A stretch of 64,000 nucleotides of DNA, from assembly GCA_037137755.1 (NCBI GenBank), contig JBAXJR010000002.1, forward strand, positions 32,001 to 96,000. Direction: 5' to 3'. This document shows, in pieces, positions 59,459 to 64,000 of the stretch. The stretch comes from Methanomicrobiales archaeon (GTDB lineage Archaea > Halobacteriota > Methanomicrobia > Methanomicrobiales > Methanospirillaceae). Every line of letters begins with the position of its first letter. Position 1 is the stretch's first letter. Under the pieces are notes generated by a model, which saw only the letters and a list, made by a program, of their open reading frames with translations, was not told where the DNA came from and made no database searches. The translations under genes and the position numbers were made by a program.

Positions 59459-60619
59459 TTAATATGACGTTATTTCAATTGACCAGGGTCCCGAGGCGGT
59501 CACATCCAGGTAATAATCTCCCATGACTAACCGGGCAGCACTTTTTCCGCTATAAGGGCCTGCCGTGTTGACCAACGACTCAATAGTATTGCTTTGCACT
59601 TCCTTCAGCCACACGATAAACTCAAACCCTCCATTATAGTTCATACTGAACATGCGTAAACCGGATCCTGTGGCTGTAAATTTTACAACCTGATTACCTG
59701 ACCCGTTTATCAGTAATGGGACTGATATGGGTGTTGGATTTTTTTGCGTAACTGAAGGTGAAATAAGGATTGTCCAGGGCCCGGATGCTAATATATCCAG
59801 GTAGTAATCACCCGTTGTTAAAGGTGAAGAAATTTTACCATTATATGGACCAACCGTATTGACTAATAAATCAACATTATTACCCTGGGCGTCTTTCAGC
59901 CACACCACAAAATCAGATCCTCCATTATAATGAATAATAAATTCCCGTTGACTAGTGCCTGTTGCAGAAAAAGCTGCAACATTGCTACCGGTACCGCTCA
60001 TTTCCACCGACGTGATCACAGTAGGTGTTGGGACCGGTGTAGGGCCGGGAGGTGGAAGACTATAGTCCGCTGGACCATTCAGGTAAACCCAATAGCCCTT
60101 TCCGGGGGTTAGCGGTGAATTTTTCGAAATCTCATCGTTGAAAACGGTCATGTCGTATTGCTGCGACGAAGCGTTCCACCCCATATACATGATCCATTTG
60201 TCAGAGAATGTCGAAAATCCCTGGACTACGGGAGCCGGAGGGCCTGCAAACCCTATCATATTCCAGCCGGAAAAAAGTGGTTTTGAAGTTGGGATCTGCG
60301 AGTTATCACCGACGACGGGTATATCCATTGGATTGACGGAATAGATCCATATCCCATCCTGTGGGCTGAGCGATGACATCCGGTTCAGGCTGTCCCAGTT
60401 CTGGGTCGCTGCGTTGTATCGCCACATGGAATGACCCCCTGTGTCGACAGAAAAAAAGAGGGAATCTACCGGGTATTGATAATTTGTGTGGGATAAAGGT
60501 ATTGAAATAAAATTCCAACCCGCTTTTAATGAAATACTCGTATCAGCAGCACATGGCAGGACAAGAATTGATGCAACTACCAGGGTAAATAAAATGCACT
60601 GAACATACCTCCCGGACAT
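59459..60619 (-). CDS. Secreted paralog with GWN domain plus two C-terminal beta repeats
   Basis: LKAGWNFISIP; GWNMIGF; PGKGYWVY; duplicated F.VWLK..LVNT.GPY.GK..GDYYLD..ASGPW module. Confidence 0.85.
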   Translation of the reverse strand: MSGRYVQCILFTLVVASILVLPCAADTSISLKAGWNFISIPLSHTNYQYPVDSLFFSVDTGGHSMWRYNAATQNWDSLNRMSSLSPQDGIWIYSVNPMDIPVVGDNSQIPTSKPLFSGWNMIGFAGPPAPVVQGFSTFSDKWIMYMGWNASSQQYDMTVFNDEISKNSPLTPGKGYWVYLNGPADYSLPPPGPTPVPTPTVITSVEMSGTGSNVAAFSATGTSQREFIIHYNGGSDFVVWLKDAQGNNVDLLVNTVGPYNGKISSPLTTGDYYLDILASGPWTILISPSVTQKNPTPISVPLLINGSGNQVVKFTATGSGLRMFSMNYNGGFEFIVWLKEVQSNTIESLVNTAGPYSGKSAARLVMGDYYLDVTASGPWSIEITSY

Positions 60620-60835
60620 AATGATTCACTTGTGGGGGAATATGAAAAAGGTTTGGGAGACCGGTTCAGGAATTGTAATAATTGGATCGAACCATTTTTT
60701 GGATTCTGTTATTAATTCCTGCCTGGTGATGGTGCTGGATTAGTGGGGATACCGGCGTACAAAATGTTTGCGACCGGGTCCCTGTTGGCATGAAGGATTT
60801 GTCAGTAGCAACGGTGTATTACATAACTACTCGTA

Positions 60836-61330
60836 ATGATGGAACAGTTCAATACAATCTAAAGATTACTACAGGACACTTGGTGTAAATAAAAGTGCAT
60901 CAGATGATGAAATTCACAAGGCATATCGAAGGTTGGCAAAGCAGTTTCACCCGGATTTAAATTCAGATCCAACTTCAACAGAAAATCTCAAACAAATAAA
61001 CGAAGCATACAGTGGTTTAAAAGACCCCAAAAAACGAGCGATGTATGACTCGGAATTTGATTACCATTTTTCCCGGGTGGGATCAAAAACTTCGGGGACA
61101 AGGGAGACTTCATCCGCAGATTCAGAAAACATATAACGATCATCCACCTGTTCCTGGAAAGGTGTGGATTCATCCTCGCGGGCTGAATATTGGGCAGACC
61201 GCCAGAAAAAAGCGGGAGAACCGGGCAATCCTCCCTGTTCCGTGACGCCATAAAATTGATAAAAACAATAATTACCGTTATTATTCTGATCTACCTGGTT
61301 GCAGTTTTTGTTTACACCTCATAAAAAAGC
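60836..61330 (+). pseudogene. Degraded J-domain (DnaJ-like) protein
   Basis: [50 protein letters not shown] from 60861. The only nearby ATGs (60836, 60839) are out of frame; stop at 61136; remnant TM further downstream. Confidence 0.7.
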
Positions 61331-61724
61331 TTAACAAGTCCTGATTCACCCATTCAGATAAAAAAATATAGACCTGTTATGAGGGTAGTTAGCGTTGTGG
61401 GTATACTTCCCACCGTCACAGTTTTCTCCACCAGCTTCTGTGCTGGTAAACCGCAAAATTGATCCCCGTTTCAGCTGTCAAAAATTGCAGGACGACGTAT
61501 TCCTGTAGTTCCCTCCCGGAATTCAGCCAAGTTGGTTTTTTTGAAAAATTACGTCAGTTGTCAACGTCATGGACACCTGGTACCTACCTGTTTGTGACGT
61601 AGTATATTCATTAAAACTTGAATAGTACCATTGAAAAGGTGTCAAGTGTTCCTCCGGACAACTCCCTTGGTATCCAGGTAATGCCCCCTCATCCATATTG
61701 AAAATCTAAAGATAAGGCGATCAC

Positions 61725-62118
61725 ATGCAAAAAAAAGGCAGGTACTTTCAACTGGGATTGGTATCCCTTCTCACATCACGTTTCTAGTGATATTTCCCCC
61801 GCTGCGACAATTCCTCCGATAACCAGGGCTCCGCATACACCCGGTTCACTAGTTATAAGTTATCTGACCCAATCTCGTGCCGCCGGTCTGATGGGCCATG
61901 CAGTCGCAGGCTATTATGCCAATCCTGCCCGGTTTACATCGATTAATTCAACTATCTTCTTAATACCAACCGGTTCCTTCAATGCACCGGACGGATCATC
62001 AACGTCAGGGTTCTCCATTCCTGACTTGTTCCCGTCAAGTAATTATTCTTCGATAAGTCAAAACTGGGACGATTTATTCCCCTCACTGGCACCCATTGGT
62101 GGCAGTTGCGGCGGCTAA
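61725..62118 (+). pseudogene. Possible frameshifted secreted protein ending GGSCGG
   Basis: MQKKGRYFQLGLVSLL / ITFLVIFP / AATIPPITR lie in three successive frames; the last is open to the TAA at 62118. Confidence 0.35.
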
Positions 62119-62352
62119 CCTGAATTCTTAATTTATCCTGATGTTTCCCTGATCCCGGAAGGTAAGCCTTTAGAGAAACAGGGGCTCCTACCTACCAGTG
62201 CAAGCAGGATGGTGAAAATGGCGCTGAATAAATCGTGCGGGGAAAAAGAGTGTCCGTGTCCTCCTCGGGCTGCACAATTTTACATTTACCCAGACCTCCA
62301 CACTTTTCAACAGGTTAATCAACGCCCTGTACAGATCACTCTTCTGGTATCC

Positions 62353-62766
62353 ATGGTGTTCCCAAATAAACCCGGTGGATTGGTACTCCTTATTATACTG
62401 TCAGTAATTTTTTCCGGGTGCGTACAGCTTGGACAATCCGGCCCGGTAACTGCAGATGGATACCGTGATGTAACAGCCCCGGAGGCACGGTCGATAAAGC
62501 ACGAAAGTGAGGGGAAACTGGTCATTATCGATCTCTCACCTGATTATAACGTGGGACACCTTCCCATGGCTATCAGTATCCCGCTCGAATCGCTGGATGA
62601 GAAGATCCCAGCCCTCGATAAATCAAGGCCATACCTTGTCTACTCCCGAACTGATGATGTAAGTATTGCCGGTGCCAGAAAAATGGTGAGTACCGGGTTC
62701 TCTCCGGTCTATCGGCTGAAGGGCAACTATGAGGCCTGGGTATCAGCCGGTTACCCGGAAGTATGA
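62353..62766 (+). CDS. Rhodanese-like lipoprotein without the catalytic Cys
   Basis: Lipobox IFSGC; IIDLS..YNVGHLPMAISIP; YLVYSRT; VYRLKGNYEAW..AGYP. Confidence 0.82.
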   Translation: MVFPNKPGGLVLLIILSVIFSGCVQLGQSGPVTADGYRDVTAPEARSIKHESEGKLVIIDLSPDYNVGHLPMAISIPLESLDEKIPALDKSRPYLVYSRTDDVSIAGARKMVSTGFSPVYRLKGNYEAWVSAGYPEV

Positions 62767-62883
62767 GTCTCTGCAATCCTTTTTTGTAACGTTGGGTGGG
62801 ACCCTACCGATACAAGTTCCCGGACACAGTGATATCCCAACAGTAAAATGGAGAAACTATTTTATTGGATGATATAACTTGGG

Positions 62884-64000
62884 TCATCCTTTTTTTAACG
62901 TAAACCGGATCGCTGCCCCCTGCTCCGGGTGTCCTTGTACCCGGTCATCAGCCCAGATCCTGCCCCCATATGCTTCGATAAGCATTTTCGCTATATGCAG
63001 GCCCAGCCCGTAACTGCTTCGTTTTTCCGAGCCAAGCATGAAACGATCGAAAATACCCGGCTTTATCCCGTCAGGAATACCAGTGCCGGTATCACTCACC
63101 GATACACGTAGCATCCCATCAAGCAAATCCTCCACCTCCACCTCAATAATGACCGCTTCACCGCCGGATTTGATACTGTTTGATATGAGGTTCTGGAAAA
63201 CTACCTGCAGCATCTCATCAGCAAGGACCCGGACCTCACAATTCCTGCACCTGATCGTAATTCCCTCGTTGTCCCTGATCTCTTCCGTGACCACCGCATT
63301 GAGCCAGGTGGATTTTTGTTCCGGAGGGTTTTTGTAGATCTTTGATATCGTCTCGATGTTCCGGATAACACTCTGACCCTTACCGAGTGTCTCGATCATG
63401 TGCAGGGTATACCCTTTCTCTTTCTCACCTACGCTGTTTTTTAAGATTTCCGCATAACCCCGGAGGGAAAAGATCGCATTCATGATCTCGTACGTCAGGA
63501 CATCGAGGTAAATATCAAGGTAGATGTTAGCCTTGCGGTTTGCTTCTGCCAGTTGTTCCCGCTGCTGCGCCAGCTGTGTCTGGCTATCCTGCAGTTCCTG
63601 GAGCATCGTGTTAAGCGAATTTTTCAGCGATGCTATTTCGTCATCCCCGCTGACAGGCAACCGTTCCGAAAGGTCGCGTTTCTTCCCGATCACTTTCATA
63701 GCGAAGTCCAGGTCTGCCAGTGGGGTAACAATATACCTGCGGAGGAGCAGTTCGGTAACAGCCCCGAAGATGATCGCGATCATCATGAATGCCACGATAA
63801 AGAATGTAACCGTGGCATTGGCCTGCTGGTAAATATCCCGCTGGGTTGTCACTTTTAGGAGCGCAACGGGTTTATTCTCAATATCATAGACAATTTTATT
63901 GCTCTGCAGCGTCGAGGAGTCGTGAACCCGGCTTGCGGTATCCGGTGCACCCGGTGCTGTCAGTTGAAGCACTATAGGGTCCTTGTTCAACCATTGCTCA
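62884..64000 (-). CDS. HAMP sensor histidine-kinase-like protein, 5' end outside the window; H-box His replaced by Tyr
   Basis: TM; HAMP (GDDEIASL..SLNTML); YLDVLTYEIMN; NLISNSIK, SDTGTGIP, GLGLHI. Confidence 0.88.
   Translation of the reverse strand, partial: EQWLNKDPIVLQLTAPGAPDTASRVHDSSTLQSNKIVYDIENKPVALLKVTTQRDIYQQANATVTFFIVAFMMIAIIFGAVTELLLRRYIVTPLADLDFAMKVIGKKRDLSERLPVSGDDEIASLKNSLNTMLQELQDSQTQLAQQREQLAEANRKANIYLDIYLDVLTYEIMNAIFSLRGYAEILKNSVGEKEKGYTLHMIETLGKGQSVIRNIETISKIYKNPPEQKSTWLNAVVTEEIRDNEGITIRCRNCEVRVLADEMLQVVFQNLISNSIKSGGEAVIIEVEVEDLLDGMLRVSVSDTGTGIPDGIKPGIFDRFMLGSEKRSSYGLGLHIAKMLIEAYGGRIWADDRVQGHPEQGAAIRFTLKKG

Noticed and set aside
1-64000. tRNA, rRNA, integrase, prophage or defence-system genes
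   Set aside because: No supporting motifs were recognised on either strand.

Overview
Chromosomal window from a methanogenic archaeon, most likely Methanomicrobiales (Methanoregula/Methanolinea-like). This is inferred from a DUF3821-type S-layer glycoprotein with PGF-CTERM, DUF4013, DUF169 and PKD proteins, and archaeal-type DWG kinase and sensor kinases. It is an accessory region rich in surface, transport and signalling genes; I found no rRNA, tRNA, CRISPR or transposase. Main points: (1) A 25.2-38.0 kb block joins a VTC/polyphosphate-polymerase + DUF4956 + Cthe_2159-type operon, a divergent COG1361/ABC operon whose ATPase is broken by one TAA, a Pro/Gly-rich lipoprotein, a duplicated promoter+hairpin unit, and a two-gene receptor Ser/Thr kinase + wHTH-FHA regulator pair. 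This is the best candidate for an undescribed system. (2) An HdrE/HdrD (DsrMK)-like pair lies near a small siroheme-type reductase, in a lineage thought to lack cytochromes. (3) A modular MITE family has at least 6 copies with TIRs and 8-bp target duplications. (4) Two sensor kinases lack the phospho-His, and one receiver domain is degenerate. (5) Several gene remnants are missed by the ORF track. All family assignments come from motif recognition by eye, not from database searches.
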